Notes: generated by a model from the letters alone, not told the origin. A stretch of DNA of 64,000 nt from an uncultured delta proteobacterium (GCA_963841435.1 CAWJCS010000005.1:1440001-1504000); one strand, 5' to 3'; shown: positions 42,745 to 53,055, counted from the first letter of the stretch. Numbers and translations are program-made.

Positions 42745-43026
42745 TTAGTCAGCGTTCTCCGGCCGGCCGAAGAACGCCGCGAGGGCTGTCGTGACGAGCG
42801 TAAGGACCAATAGAATCGGCAGCGCACCATTTGGCCAGAGATAACGCCATGTCACTACTGCAGAGATCAACGCCAATCCGAGCCCGAGTATTGTCGGCAC
42901 GGCACAGAGAAGTACTCCGCGCCTGCTACGCGGCTCGAGTCCCGCGAACGCCATGAGCACCGCCGCCGGTCCAAAGAGCGGCAGACCCAAGACCCAACCG
43001 TAATGGGGCATGGGCATTAGGCCCAC
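42745..43026 (-). CDS. Small membrane protein or fragment
   Basis: Three hydrophobic segments. Confidence 0.4.
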   Translation of the reverse strand: MGLMPMPHYGWVLGLPLFGPAAVLMAFAGLEPRSRRGVLLCAVPTILGLGLALISAVVTWRYLWPNGALPILLVLTLVTTALAAFFGRPENAD

Positions 43027-43500
43027 CAGGCTCTAGAAGAGCGCCACGAGCATGCGCAGGGACCGCCCGCGATGCGACATTCGTATAGGGTACTCTCGGC
43101 CCAGTTCGTCCGGGTCCTTGGAACAGGGCGGGTGTCACGTGATATCGTTCCGAGGACATCGGTAACACATTCCGGAATCGAGACGCCGGCGCCGCGGAAG
43201 CTCGCGGCCACAATCGGTCGTTCGCCAGCGGTTCGGCCCGCAGGCTGAACGCCCCCAAGATCGCGCAACGCCGGATTACGTCAAGGTCCGTGACAGCCCT
43301 ACGGCACTGAAACGCGTTTGGATCGCCTAGTCCCCGGCGCGCGGTGTCGGCTTCGACAACGTCGCTGTGGCACGCCGCGCGCTCGCCCGTGGAGGCGCCC
43401 ACGGGCAATCGTCAGAAGTGGCAGTACACACCCTGATTGGGTAGTGCCGAGTTCCACCTGGGGCTCGGCCCAGGTGAGGTAGTTTGGTCGGCCGTACAGA

Positions 43501-43768
43501 CATCACCGGCAATGGCCGAGCGCTCACGAGCTTTCTGCATTGGGTACGACGACTCTGGCGGAAGTGGTTGAGCCGCCGCTCGCGCGACGCTCGCCCTGAC
43601 ATGGGAGCAAATGACGCGAGTGCTCGAACGCTTTCCGCTACCGCCTCCCGTCGTCGTCCACTCGGTGTATCGCGTAGCGAATCCGTGACCTGACGAGCCG
43701 GATGCGGGAAATCTGCAAGTCCGGATCTGTGGGAGCCCCGGAGGAGCGATCCTCCGGGGCCACCCGGC
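43501..43768 (+). mobile_element. Group II intron 3' remnant (maturase tail + domains V and VI)
   Basis: ITGN...[13 protein letters not shown]...TWEQM...FPLPPP; DV GAGCCGGATGCGGGAAATCTGCAAGTCCGGATC; DVI CCCCGGAGG-agcgat-CCTCCGGGG then CCACCCGGC. Confidence 0.88.
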
Positions 43769-43877
43769 CGCCCGCTGATCTTCGTCGCCGCGCAAACTTG
43801 CCCCGGTCATTTGCTGGGCGGCTGCCGGCCGGAACCCTACGTGGCTCCGGGACGGGCATCTAAACCATGACAGCGCG

Positions 43878-44621
43878 CTAGTCGCGCACCAGGTGTACGA
43901 GCGTGCCCGTTGCGATGAAGGTGCCCGTGAGCTCGTTACCGTCGGCGGTGAGCGCGGCGTCCAAGATCTGGGACGGCATATCCCGAACGACGCACCCGTC
44001 CACCGTGCACGAGCAGAGATGGCTCAACTGACAGTAAGCCTGGTTCACGCAGGGCACCTCGACCCGGGTTGCCTCGTCGTCGGCGTCTCCCGCATAACAC
44101 TTGCCGTTCCTCACGCCCCCGCGGCCATCCGGGCTCCTCACGACGCAATCGTACGCGGGTCCCCCCGGAAGGTCCGGGTTGAATACGGGCGTCTGAATCG
44201 CGCACCAGGCGTCGTAGAGCTCTTTCATGACCACCGAGAGTCGGATGCGGCGCGCCTCGACCTTCGCATCGTAGATCGTGTACCGAAAGCCTTCATGGAG
44301 GCCGCGATCGGGCTCGGGTGTGAGCGTGGGCGGGTTGGGGTCCTCGGGATACGCTGCGTTCGGATCCGTGGGCGGTGACACCAGCGGCTGGTCGCCGACC
44401 TCGAGGTAGCCGTGCCCGGACCCGTCGAGCGCGATGCGGACCCGATCCGAACCTGATTCGAATTGCGAAGCTTCGATGTAGCCGTCCCAGAACGCGCCGT
44501 AGTCGCTCAGCGAGTCGCCCGTCTTCGCGCGATTATCCCCGATACTCACCGGATCTCCGCTTGCGCAGCCGAGCGCATTCGTCGCGAGTACCAGAACCAA
44601 ACCGATCGTCTTGTGTTGCAT
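43878..44621 (-). CDS. Cys-containing lipoprotein downstream of ECF cassette
   Basis: ALGC lipobox. Confidence 0.75.
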   Translation of the reverse strand: MQHKTIGLVLVLATNALGCASGDPVSIGDNRAKTGDSLSDYGAFWDGYIEASQFESGSDRVRIALDGSGHGYLEVGDQPLVSPPTDPNAAYPEDPNPPTLTPEPDRGLHEGFRYTIYDAKVEARRIRLSVVMKELYDAWCAIQTPVFNPDLPGGPAYDCVVRSPDGRGGVRNGKCYAGDADDEATRVEVPCVNQAYCQLSHLCSCTVDGCVVRDMPSQILDAALTADGNELTGTFIATGTLVHLVRD

Positions 44622-44672
44622 TGTCTCTTGCCTCCACCGGAACGTGAGTTTCCGGAGGCTCGGCGATCCGTC

Positions 44673-45410
44673 TCACTCGCGGCTCGCGGCGTCGTTGAGC
44701 GCCTTGCACGCCGTCTCGATGCGCGCGCGATAAGCGCTCGAAGCGTAGCGCGCTAGGAAATCCCGAGCGAGCTCCGGCGCCGACGCGGTGCCGAGCTCAC
44801 AATGTGCGATGACGCGTGCTGCTCGTCGCTCCTCGGCGAGCTGGCCGCCCGGCACTTCCCGATCGAGTTCACCGAGCAAGCCGAGCGCAAGCCGTGGATT
44901 ATCGTCGCGGAGCGCGCGTTCCACACGCGTGAGCAGTCGTGTCTCGAGCTCGAGCGGCGACTCGGCGCTCGAGCTCGAAGCGATGCTCGACGGCGCCGGA
45001 GAGAGGGATTTCTCGATGGCACTGCGCCCCGGCCGAGCCGGCGGCGCCGGCAACTCGGGCAGTGGACGGAGCGGGGCGGGCGTCTCGACGCGCGGGACCG
45101 GCATGACGGTCGGCGGCGGGGCAACCACGACGCGCGGAGCGCTGATGACTCGTTCGGCACGACCGGCCCGGAACCCGAGCGCGTAGCCCCCCGCGCCCGT
45201 AGCCGTGGCTAGCGCGAGCGCCGCTACCGGGCGTCCCCAACGCAGCAAGGAGCGCAAAGGCTTCGAGAGCGCCTCCGAATTCGCGTGCGGCATGGTGGCC
45301 GGGACCCGCAGCGCCAGCTGGATGGCGGCGTGCACGCGCTCCGCATCCCCCGACGTTGGAGAAAGCCCGCGGCGTGCGCTCGCGAGCACGGAAGCTTGGT
45401 CCTCGCTCAT
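44673..45410 (-). CDS. Putative membrane anti-sigma factor with TPR-like C-terminus
   Basis: TM, Pro-rich linker, ETRLLTRVERAL...GQLAEERRAA...RYASS. Confidence 0.75.
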   Translation of the reverse strand: MSEDQASVLASARRGLSPTSGDAERVHAAIQLALRVPATMPHANSEALSKPLRSLLRWGRPVAALALATATGAGGYALGFRAGRAERVISAPRVVVAPPPTVMPVPRVETPAPLRPLPELPAPPARPGRSAIEKSLSPAPSSIASSSSAESPLELETRLLTRVERALRDDNPRLALGLLGELDREVPGGQLAEERRAARVIAHCELGTASAPELARDFLARYASSAYRARIETACKALNDAASRE

Positions 45411-46006
45411 GGGTGCTCTCTATGGGCGAGCGCCTGCTGAAAATCAGCACGCGCGAGCCGCAGGCGCGTGTAGGCTGTATTGAGCGGAATGGAAAGGGTG
45501 GTTGCCACATCGGGAATGCTCATCTCCTCGAGCAGAACGAGCATGAACACCTCGCGGCGCTTCGGTTCGAGCTCGTTCAGAAAACGCCGAACGAAGGCCG
45601 CGGCCTCGGCCTCCTCGACGCGCGCAAACGGATCCGGCGTGCGGCTCGCGATTTCGTCATCGAGCGGCTTCGCATGGCCTTTTCGTGCGACGCCGCGGCG
45701 CTGGTTCGACGCGACATTGCGCACGATCCCATAGAGCCAGGTTCGCACGCGGGAGCGCCCCGCAAATTCGGGGAGACGGCGATGAACCACCACGAAAACG
45801 TCCTGCGCCGCGTCGTCGAGCAGCGTCTCTGGAACGCCGAGCCCGCGCAGGCAGCGCCACACGAAAGGAAAGAACTCCGCGTAAATGCTGTCGAAATCCA
45901 GATGCGGGTCGGCGGTAACTCGCGGCGCTGAGGGAGGTGCCACGGAGGAGCTCACAAGACCCGCCTCCATTGAGTCTCCGCCTGGCGCCCAATCCGTCTG
46001 CCTCAC
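45407..46006 (-). CDS. ECF RNA polymerase sigma factor
   Basis: LDDAAQDVFVVV, RTWLYGI, NTAYTRLRLAR. Confidence 0.93.
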   Translation of the reverse strand: MRQTDWAPGGDSMEAGLVSSSVAPPSAPRVTADPHLDFDSIYAEFFPFVWRCLRGLGVPETLLDDAAQDVFVVVHRRLPEFAGRSRVRTWLYGIVRNVASNQRRGVARKGHAKPLDDEIASRTPDPFARVEEAEAAAFVRRFLNELEPKRREVFMLVLLEEMSIPDVATTLSIPLNTAYTRLRLARADFQQALAHREHP

Positions 46007-46998
46007 CAGAGAAATTCCACGCCGAGGGCGCCACGCACGCTGAGCGCGGCCGGTCGATGCACCGGCTCACCCGCGAGCACGAATTCGGGCCGTTGGAGAG
46101 GCACCGCCACGCCGAGACGGGCCGCAAGCCGGAGCGCGGAGCCCAGTCGAACAGCCGCGCCCGCTTCGAGACGGGCAGCTACCCACAATGCTGTTCCGAG
46201 CTCGGGCTCGCTCACGCCGCGGCCTTCGCCCGAGATTCGACCTAGCTCGAGGCCGCCGCAGCCGAACGGCGCGACGGTCTTCGCATCCGGCCCGAGACAT
46301 CCGAGGAGCGCGCCGCTCAGCAGCCCGAACTCGCCGCTCAGTCCCTCGGGTAGCGCTGCTTTTTGAGGCGCAAAGGCCTCGCCCTGGAGCTCCGCCCGGA
46401 GCCAGCCCCAGCGCACGCCGCCGGCAATTCCCACGCCGACCGCTAACTCGGGCAGCGTAGCCGTATCGATCAGCGCCGCAATCTCGACCACGCCTCCGAG
46501 ACGTGCTGTCGAATGCGCCTGCTCGGCGCTGCTGGGGTCGCGCTCGGGCTCGGCGCGTTGGGGGACGACCGGTGGCGCTGCGGCAGGCTCGCGTGAAGAG
46601 TTTGCTGCCGGGGTTGGCTCGTCCTTCGCGGACGGATCCGGTGCCGCGGCGCGCATGGCCATCGCCATCGCCAGGGCGGCAGCGTCGGCCACTTCGCCAC
46701 AGCTCTTGCCGTTGAGCTCGCGGCGGCTGGTCGCGCCGTGCGTCGTGTGGGTGAGGAGCGTGAGCTCCCACATTTCTCCGGCATGGGAGACGTTCACCTC
46801 GAAATTCGCCTCGGTGACGGTCGCGAAAGGCCGGCCGACGAGCTCTTCGATGCGCGCTTCGACCGCGTCCGCTCGCTCGCAATCCGGCGGCAACGTCCAT
46901 CGGAGCTCCGCCGCCGAGACGGCTTCGGTCCTGCAAAAGAGGAGGGCACCCGCTATGAGCGCGCGCACCCACCGTCCACCGCGCCGTCCGAATCGCAC
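46003..46998 (-). CDS. Secreted / outer-membrane protein (ECF cassette)
   Basis: Signal peptide; Cys pair; beta-rich C-terminus ending GVEFLW. Confidence 0.72.
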   Translation of the reverse strand: MRFGRRGGRWVRALIAGALLFCRTEAVSAAELRWTLPPDCERADAVEARIEELVGRPFATVTEANFEVNVSHAGEMWELTLLTHTTHGATSRRELNGKSCGEVADAAALAMAMAMRAAAPDPSAKDEPTPAANSSREPAAAPPVVPQRAEPERDPSSAEQAHSTARLGGVVEIAALIDTATLPELAVGVGIAGGVRWGWLRAELQGEAFAPQKAALPEGLSGEFGLLSGALLGCLGPDAKTVAPFGCGGLELGRISGEGRGVSEPELGTALWVAARLEAGAAVRLGSALRLAARLGVAVPLQRPEFVLAGEPVHRPAALSVRGALGVEFLW

Positions 46999-47395
46999 CG
47001 CCCCGAGCTTACTCGCTCGGCTGCTCGAGACCCAAGGTCGCGAGCAGTTTCCTCCAGAGCTCCGCGATGCTCGCGAGATCGGAGGCGCTCACGCCGATCA
47101 CACGGGGATAGGGCAGGCAAAGTGTCAACCGCTTCGTCAGCGCAGCGCCTCAGTTGACGTAACGGCGGCTCCGCGCTCCAGCCTGCTGGCCGAGCCGCTG
47201 AGCGAATCCAAACGGCGGTACTTCCCGCCGCCAAGGGTTGCCCATGGCACCGCTGCCGGCTGGGGTCGCGGCCAGCTTAGGTGTCAAATGTGTCCGGCGA
47301 CCGAGCGCGGGGGCGGCTCGCCGGCCCGCTGAGCCGAGTGCCACCGCGCCACCGCCTGCTCCGGACGCGCGTACGTTGGAGAGCCAACCGGTGCA

Positions 47396-47590
47396 GTGCG
47401 CTGGGGCGATCAGCTCGAGCTCGAGCTCGATGCCGAGAGCGCCAAGCCCGCTCCGAGGAAAAGATGGGCGTGGCTCTTGAAACATGTGTTCCAGACGGAC
47501 CTCGACACTTGCCCTCGCTGCGGCGGACCGATGCGCTGGATGGAGGCCGCTGCCTCCAAGGAGGCTGCTCGCGAGCTGCCGAATTCTTGA
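47396..47590 (+). pseudogene. IS91-family-like transposase C-terminal fragment
   Basis: RWAWLLKHVFQTDLDTCPRCGGPMR. Confidence 0.7.
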
Positions 47591-47729
47591 AGTGCGGCAT
47601 CCTCGAGCAGGGCTGCCGAGAGGGGAAAAGAGCAAGAGGGGAACGGAAGAAGGCCAGTCCCCGCGGGTCTCGTCGAACATCCCCTCCAGAGCAGCGAGCA
47701 GCGAGCAGCGAGCCCCACCCCTTCTTTCG

Positions 47730-48073
47730 CCGTTTTCGTCCTCCAACGTGACGGTCGCGAGCGACGCCGAGTGAACGCGACCGTCGAGCGCCATCGTGTA
47801 GGCGTACACGATGCGTTCGTTCTCGACGATGTCGAGATAGTGCGTCACGTTCGTGTGCTCGCCCGCGCCAGGGCCCTCGTCGAGCACGAAGCTGCCCGTT
47901 TCGCGCCCACCGACGCGAAAGTCGAGTGTGTACTCGCGGCAGTTCCAGCCGGGGCCATCGGAATCGACGAACCAGCGCCGCTTGAGCTCGGGCTTGGCCC
48001 ACGCGGAAAAAACGCGCTCTTTGCGTGCCCGGATGGTGCGGACGAGCGTGAAGCTCTCATGGGTGACGGTCAT
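47730..48073 (-). pseudogene. SRPBCC/AHSA1 domain protein, 3' truncated
   Basis: FTLVRTI..RVFSAW...DFRVGGRE...IVENERIVY...SLATVTL, then similarity is lost. Confidence 0.75.
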
Positions 48074-48094
48074 TTCCTGGACTCCTTCTCGAGG

Positions 48095-48437
48095 TAAGGG
48101 GTACGAGCATGTTTCCGCAGCATGCGAGGACGAGGCGCTTTCGTATCTCCGCTGCGCCGGAACGCCCGACCTGTGCAGCGACCGCCACATCACGCCAGCG
48201 ATTTGCACGAACGCGGGGAGCTGGTCAGTTGCCATTCAAGAATGGTTCGACGGCTGCTGGTGGAGTGAGGACTGCGACAACCTGCATTACCGAGTGGACT
48301 GTGACGCCGTCGGTGACGGTACCGGCACATCGCTCTGCACATGCGAAGCGAACGAGTCGGGCACCGGCAACCCGCTGGTACCCGGCATCGGCGCCACTGC
48401 CTGCAAGGCAGCCGTCGAGGCATGCGGGTACCAGTGA
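48095..48437 (+). pseudogene. Cys-rich secreted protein C-terminal fragment
   Basis: Cys-rich open frame ending ACGYQ*; no start seen. Confidence 0.4.
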
Positions 48438-48784
48438 GCTCGCGTCGTATCGCTGATGATCGCCGCGATCGTCGGATTACGATTCAGGCGCGTCAACGAA
48501 AACTTGCAAGCTGAGAGACATCGCGATTCGGCGTGCGCCGAGTGGATTTCATCTCACTTCTTGCGAGCGCACATCGGCGTGACGCAATCGTCGTAGCAGG
48601 TACGCTTGGGTTCGATGCAAGACGTAGCTTGGACAGCGCCTCGAGCGACGTGAGCTTCCTCGCGCTGCTGCGGCTTCTCAAGGAGACTGGGGCGCCGCCC
48701 CGCGTGGGCCACCGAGAGCTGAGTTCCCTCGTCGCTCGGGGCATGGTCGCGATTCCGGGCACTCGGCGACAAGCGCTCCACTGA

Positions 48785-49435
48785 TCAGTACTCGTGCTCA
48801 GCGTCCGACCCCTGCTTGGTCGCGTTCCAGATCTCGGCGAAGCGATCGCGGACCATCGGATCGAGCTCTGTACCAAGCTCGAGCGGAAGGTGAGCCGCTC
48901 GAATGAGCTCCTGGACGTCCGCGAGATCCTTCAAGCGGTCCGGGTTCGTCATTCCGGAGGCCAGCTTCAGCTCGACCAAGTGACGAAGCGGCAAGACCAT
49001 CACTCCCGACCCGCGGATCGCGACGGAGGGATCCGGGAAAGACACGGGCTTCGGCTTTCCGTCACCCGGATAATCACCAGTCAGAAGCACGTCAATCTTC
49101 ACACCGCGCACCGTGTCCCGCATACCCCGAGAGCCGGGAAATCGCTCGACCCATCCGCGGCCGAGGTGTGCCTCACGGAAAGCGCGGAGGCCGGGTCTCG
49201 TCAACAGGACATCCACGTCGGTCGTCACGCGCTGGTAGCCGTGTGCGTTGAGCGCCATAGCGCCCGCGATAGCGTAGGGGGTCCCGTCGCGTTCGAGCGT
49301 TTCGCACAAGACGCGCATCGCCTCGTGCACCTCATCTTTCGCCATGAAGAACCTTTCCGCGAACCGAGCGGCTTCCCAGAAGCGACTCGCTTGCTCCGCT
49401 GACAGAGCGGCGGGAGCGGCAGATGCGCGGGACAT
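48785..49435 (-). CDS. Nucleotidyltransferase-superfamily protein (AbiEii/DUF6036-like)
   Basis: YAIAGAMAL..HGYQRVTTDVDVLL, LVELKL, RLKDLADV. Confidence 0.82.
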   Translation of the reverse strand: MSRASAAPAALSAEQASRFWEAARFAERFFMAKDEVHEAMRVLCETLERDGTPYAIAGAMALNAHGYQRVTTDVDVLLTRPGLRAFREAHLGRGWVERFPGSRGMRDTVRGVKIDVLLTGDYPGDGKPKPVSFPDPSVAIRGSGVMVLPLRHLVELKLASGMTNPDRLKDLADVQELIRAAHLPLELGTELDPMVRDRFAEIWNATKQGSDAEHEY

Positions 49436-49665
49436 CGCTCGATCTTAGCCCGGAGCGGATAGTTCGGCACGGTCGGATGTCGTCGGCCAAGTTGCGCTGG
49501 CGCTTCTCCCGCAGTGGAGCGGACTCGTTGCCCACCCGCTACCCACGCGAAGCGACCATCCCGGTCCGAACAGGCTCGTCGAGTGCCATCACTGCTGAAC
49601 CTCATCCAGCGTGTTTCATGCGAAAACGCGCGTCGTAGCTGCTGTTTCTGAACGAGGCGGCAACC

Positions 49666-49706
49666 GTTTTCAAAACCGGTGCCTTAAACCGCTCGGCCAC
49701 TCCTCC
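49666..49706 (-). repeat. 5' half of tRNA-Ser (att direct repeat)
   Basis: Matches 36947-36987 at 40 of 41 nt and ends just after the anticodon loop. Confidence 0.9.
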
Positions 49707-49886
49707 AAGTTTCTGGAGAGACCAGCAAATGTTGTGGATTCGCGCGCGAGCGTCAAGGAGCGGCGCCCGAGCCGGCGAAGTCGGCCCGCGTGCCCAGCGG
49801 CTGCGTCTAGGTTCTACCGAAGACGAACCACCGCCGCAGGGGGCGCACAAAATCCGACTAGACTCTTCGCGCGACGGCGTCGCCCG

Positions 49887-51116
49887 TTACTTCTGGCACA
49901 CGTGGACGTAGTCGATGAGCACTTGCTGCGGGAAGACGGTGGTGCCGTCGGGATCGCCCGGCCAGTCGCCGCCGACGGCCAGATTGAGGATGATGAAAAA
50001 ACCGTGGTCGAAAACCCAGGTCTTGCCGGCGATGTCGGCTGGCGTCTTGGTCGAGTAGAGGTCGTCGTCGACGTACCAACGAATGGCATTGGCTTCCCAC
50101 TCGATGGCGAAGACATGGAAGTCGTCGGAGAAGTGAGCGCCGCCCGGGAGCGTGTAGGAACCCGCTGGTCCGTCCGCCCCCGAATAGCCGGGCCCATGCA
50201 TGGTTCCGTGAGCAATCGAGGGCTCACGTCCCAGGTTTTCCATGATGTCGATCTCGCCGGTGTTCGGCCAGGAATTTCCTCCGAGCATCCAGAACGCCGG
50301 CCACATCCCCTGCCCGTAGGGCAGCTTCATGCGGCCCTCGAACCGCCCATACGTGAAGGTCTTCTTACCCTCCGTCTTGAGGCGTGCGGAGGTGTATTGC
50401 CTACCCTCGCGAGACTCTTTGCGGGCCTCGATGACCAAGTTGCCGTTGCCGTCGAGGAAGGCGTTGGAGGTGCCGGACGTGTAGTCCTGAAGCTCGCCGT
50501 TGTACCAGTTCGGGCCGGTGTCGTAGGTCCACTTGCCCCCATCGACGGCCGCGCCGGAGGCTCCGTCGAAGTCGTCGCCCCAGACGAGCTTCCACGTCGT
50601 ATCGGGGCATCTTGCAGAGGCGACGGCGCCGGTTCCCGCGCTGCCCGCGGCGGCACCACCGTTATTCTGAGCGCCACTCGTGCCGGACGCTCCCCCTGAG
50701 TCCCGCCCGCCGCTCGCCGACGAGCCACCGGGGGACGAGTCGCCTGCTCCCCCGCCGTCGGCGCTGGTCCCGCCACTCGCCACGACGCCGCCCGTGGACG
50801 ATTGACCGCCCACGTCGGTCCCCGCGGTCCCGCCGCTCGCCATGGCGCCACCGGTTGACAGCTGACCGCCCGCGCTACTTCCGCTGCTCGACGAACCGCC
50901 GGTAGCCAATTGGCCGCCTGTGCCACCGCCCGCGCCGGTGCCACCAGTCGGCGTGCCGCCCGCGCCGGTGCCGCCAGTCGGCGTGCCGCCCGCGCTTGTC
51001 TCGGTCCCCCCCGAGCCCGAGCCTCCGCTCGGAGACACGCCGGATCCTTCCGACGCGCAAGCAAGGAGGAGCGCCGGAGCCATTGCGAACAAGAGCGTGA
51101 GCGCACATCGCGGCAT
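49887..51116 (-). CDS. GH16 laminarinase-like lipoprotein
   Basis: LLAC lipobox, Gly linker, WPAFWMLG, GEIDIMEN, LNLAVGG. Confidence 0.92.
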   Translation of the reverse strand: MPRCALTLLFAMAPALLLACASEGSGVSPSGGSGSGGTETSAGGTPTGGTGAGGTPTGGTGAGGGTGGQLATGGSSSSGSSAGGQLSTGGAMASGGTAGTDVGGQSSTGGVVASGGTSADGGGAGDSSPGGSSASGGRDSGGASGTSGAQNNGGAAAGSAGTGAVASARCPDTTWKLVWGDDFDGASGAAVDGGKWTYDTGPNWYNGELQDYTSGTSNAFLDGNGNLVIEARKESREGRQYTSARLKTEGKKTFTYGRFEGRMKLPYGQGMWPAFWMLGGNSWPNTGEIDIMENLGREPSIAHGTMHGPGYSGADGPAGSYTLPGGAHFSDDFHVFAIEWEANAIRWYVDDDLYSTKTPADIAGKTWVFDHGFFIILNLAVGGDWPGDPDGTTVFPQQVLIDYVHVCQK

Positions 51117-51148
51117 CGGAGGCCTCCGGCGCGCCGGGCCTGCGAGCC

Positions 51149-52505
51149 TCACGAGCAAGGCTTTCCAGCCCACGACGCCCGTCGTCGCAGGAAGGCACCC
51201 GCAAGCACGAGAAGGAGCACCGCGCCGCGACCCGATGCACGGCGCGAAGAGCGAGTCGATCCCGGCACGCGACAGCCGCAGCCGCTCGCGTCGTCGGTCG
51301 TGGTGCCATCACCGCCCATGGCCTCAGGACCCCCAGTGCCGAGGTTGCCTGCCATCGGGCTCGCTCCGCCCGAGGGGGCGCCAGCACTGACCCCACCGCC
51401 GCCGGCTGGCAAAGCCGCCGTCCCGCCGGAGCTCGTTGATCCCGAAACTGAGCCTCCAGCGGCCGTTTGACCCCCGTCAGGGCTGGCCGCGCCCGTTCCG
51501 CTCGCTCCACCCGACGTCGCGGTGCTCCCGCTCGCGCCGCCGGACGCGGTCATCCCACCACTGCCAGCGAGAATCGACGGTACCGCCCGTGCCCAACGCG
51601 CCGCCGGCGCTCGAGCCCGCAGCCGCTCCGGCCGCTCCAGCCGTCCCACCGTCACCGCTCGCGCCGCCCGTGCCCGCCGTGCCGCCCATGCCCGCGACAC
51701 CGCCCATGCCCGCCATGCCGCCCATGCCACCCGTTCCACTGCTTGTTCCGGGCATCGCGCCCGCCGGACCGGTTGCGTCGTCGGCAGTCAACGAGAGGAC
51801 GGCGGAGCCGCTCAGGAAATTCACGTTGCGAGGATCGTGGGTCGAGAGGTTCTTCGGTGAGCTCCAGTCGCCCGTTAGCCACCCACTCGGGGCGGTGGAG
51901 CCGTCGAAGTCCTCGCGCCAAGCGGGGGTGAACGTACCGCCCGCGTAGGAGGAGAACTGAACCCAGTCGATGTACTGGTGAACCGGCAGGATGCTGGGGT
52001 TGAAGTTGCCGCCGAACGACGCATCGCCCGGCCAGATGTTGAAATGGATTTGCATGCCGGCGCTCGCGTTCTCCGAGTACGCGGCCGCCGTTGCGCCGGT
52101 CTCCCGCCGAACCTCCGCACCGTCGAGGAACCACGCGATGTAGTCCGCCGTCCACTCGTAGCCATACACGTGAAATCCGCTGCACAGGTCCCCGCTCACC
52201 GTCGGCTTCTGCGTGTGGTTGGCGGAAGGATTGCCGTAGAGGGCGTTGGTCTGAAGCTGACAGGTCGCGCCAATCTTCTCGTAGTCGAGCTCGTTCCAGA
52301 AGGTGCCCGGCTGCTCGGAACCGTCCTTCCACAGAAAGAACGCGCTGACGACACCATCACCGGCCGTGACGCGCATGCGCGCCTCGAAGCGACCGTACCC
52401 GTACGCCGTGCTGGTGTAGAGCTCCGCGCTCTTCGTCGCGCTGGCGACGCGGGGCAGGAGCAAGGCACCAAGGAGGCACAGCGATGCCAGACGGATGCTG
52501 TTCAT
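51149..52505 (-). CDS. GH16 (lichenase-like) glycanase with MYXO-CTERM-like anchor (+1 frameshift at about 51572)
   Basis: YGRFEARM, WNELDYEK; distal frame GCGCRV...LLLVLAGAFLRRR. Confidence 0.85.
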
Positions 52506-52668
52506 GCGATCTCTGCTGTTCCTCGGGGAAACACGAGCGCGTGGATGCGCTCGTATAGAAGTAAGTAACCTCTGGGGTCATGCTGGTGTTTGCGTTTCTT
52601 GGGGAATCGCGCGGTCATCACTCAGGTTCGCATGCCCCTTGGCGTCGCGCCCGCCGAAAGCTTCCCGC

Positions 52669-53055
52669 TCAGTGCGTGTCGAGCCAAGTGAGCGCTCGCT
52701 CGAAGGCGTCCGCCGGTGGGGGAGCGTGGCCATGCCCGTCGATGCTCAGCAGAGCGACGGCCGTGAAGCCGTCCTCGAGCATGCCGGCCGCCACGTCCGA
52801 GATGTGCTGGAAGTTCATGTCGTTGGGCCCGGTCGTGATCGCGATCGGCAGGAGTTTGGCGGCTTCGACGTCGCGCGGCGGGTCGAAGCGCTTGTACCAA
52901 ACGTGCCCCTCGGTGCTCGAGCGCTCGGGAAGCTGCCGGTAGTAGTGGATGCCGGAGGCGAGCAACGCGCCCCGAAACACCTCCGGATACGTGAGCAAGG
53001 TTTCGAACGCGACTTTGCCGACCGCGAGATCGTGGCGCTCGCAGCGCGCCCTCAT
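52669..53055 (-). pseudogene. Alpha/beta hydrolase C-terminal half
   Basis: YPEVFRGAL...TGPND...GHGH...ALTWLD; nucleophile region missing. Confidence 0.55.

Larger units (their letters stand above)
36947..49706. mobile_element. Decayed genomic island (12,719-bp repeat offset) integrated in tRNA-Ser
   Basis: 41-bp direct repeat of the tRNA 5' half (36947-36987 and 49666-49706, 1 mismatch); filled with mobile-element remnants. Confidence 0.82.

Noticed and set aside
49666-49706. Second functional tRNA
   Set aside because: No variable arm, T arm or 3' acceptor strand follows the anticodon loop
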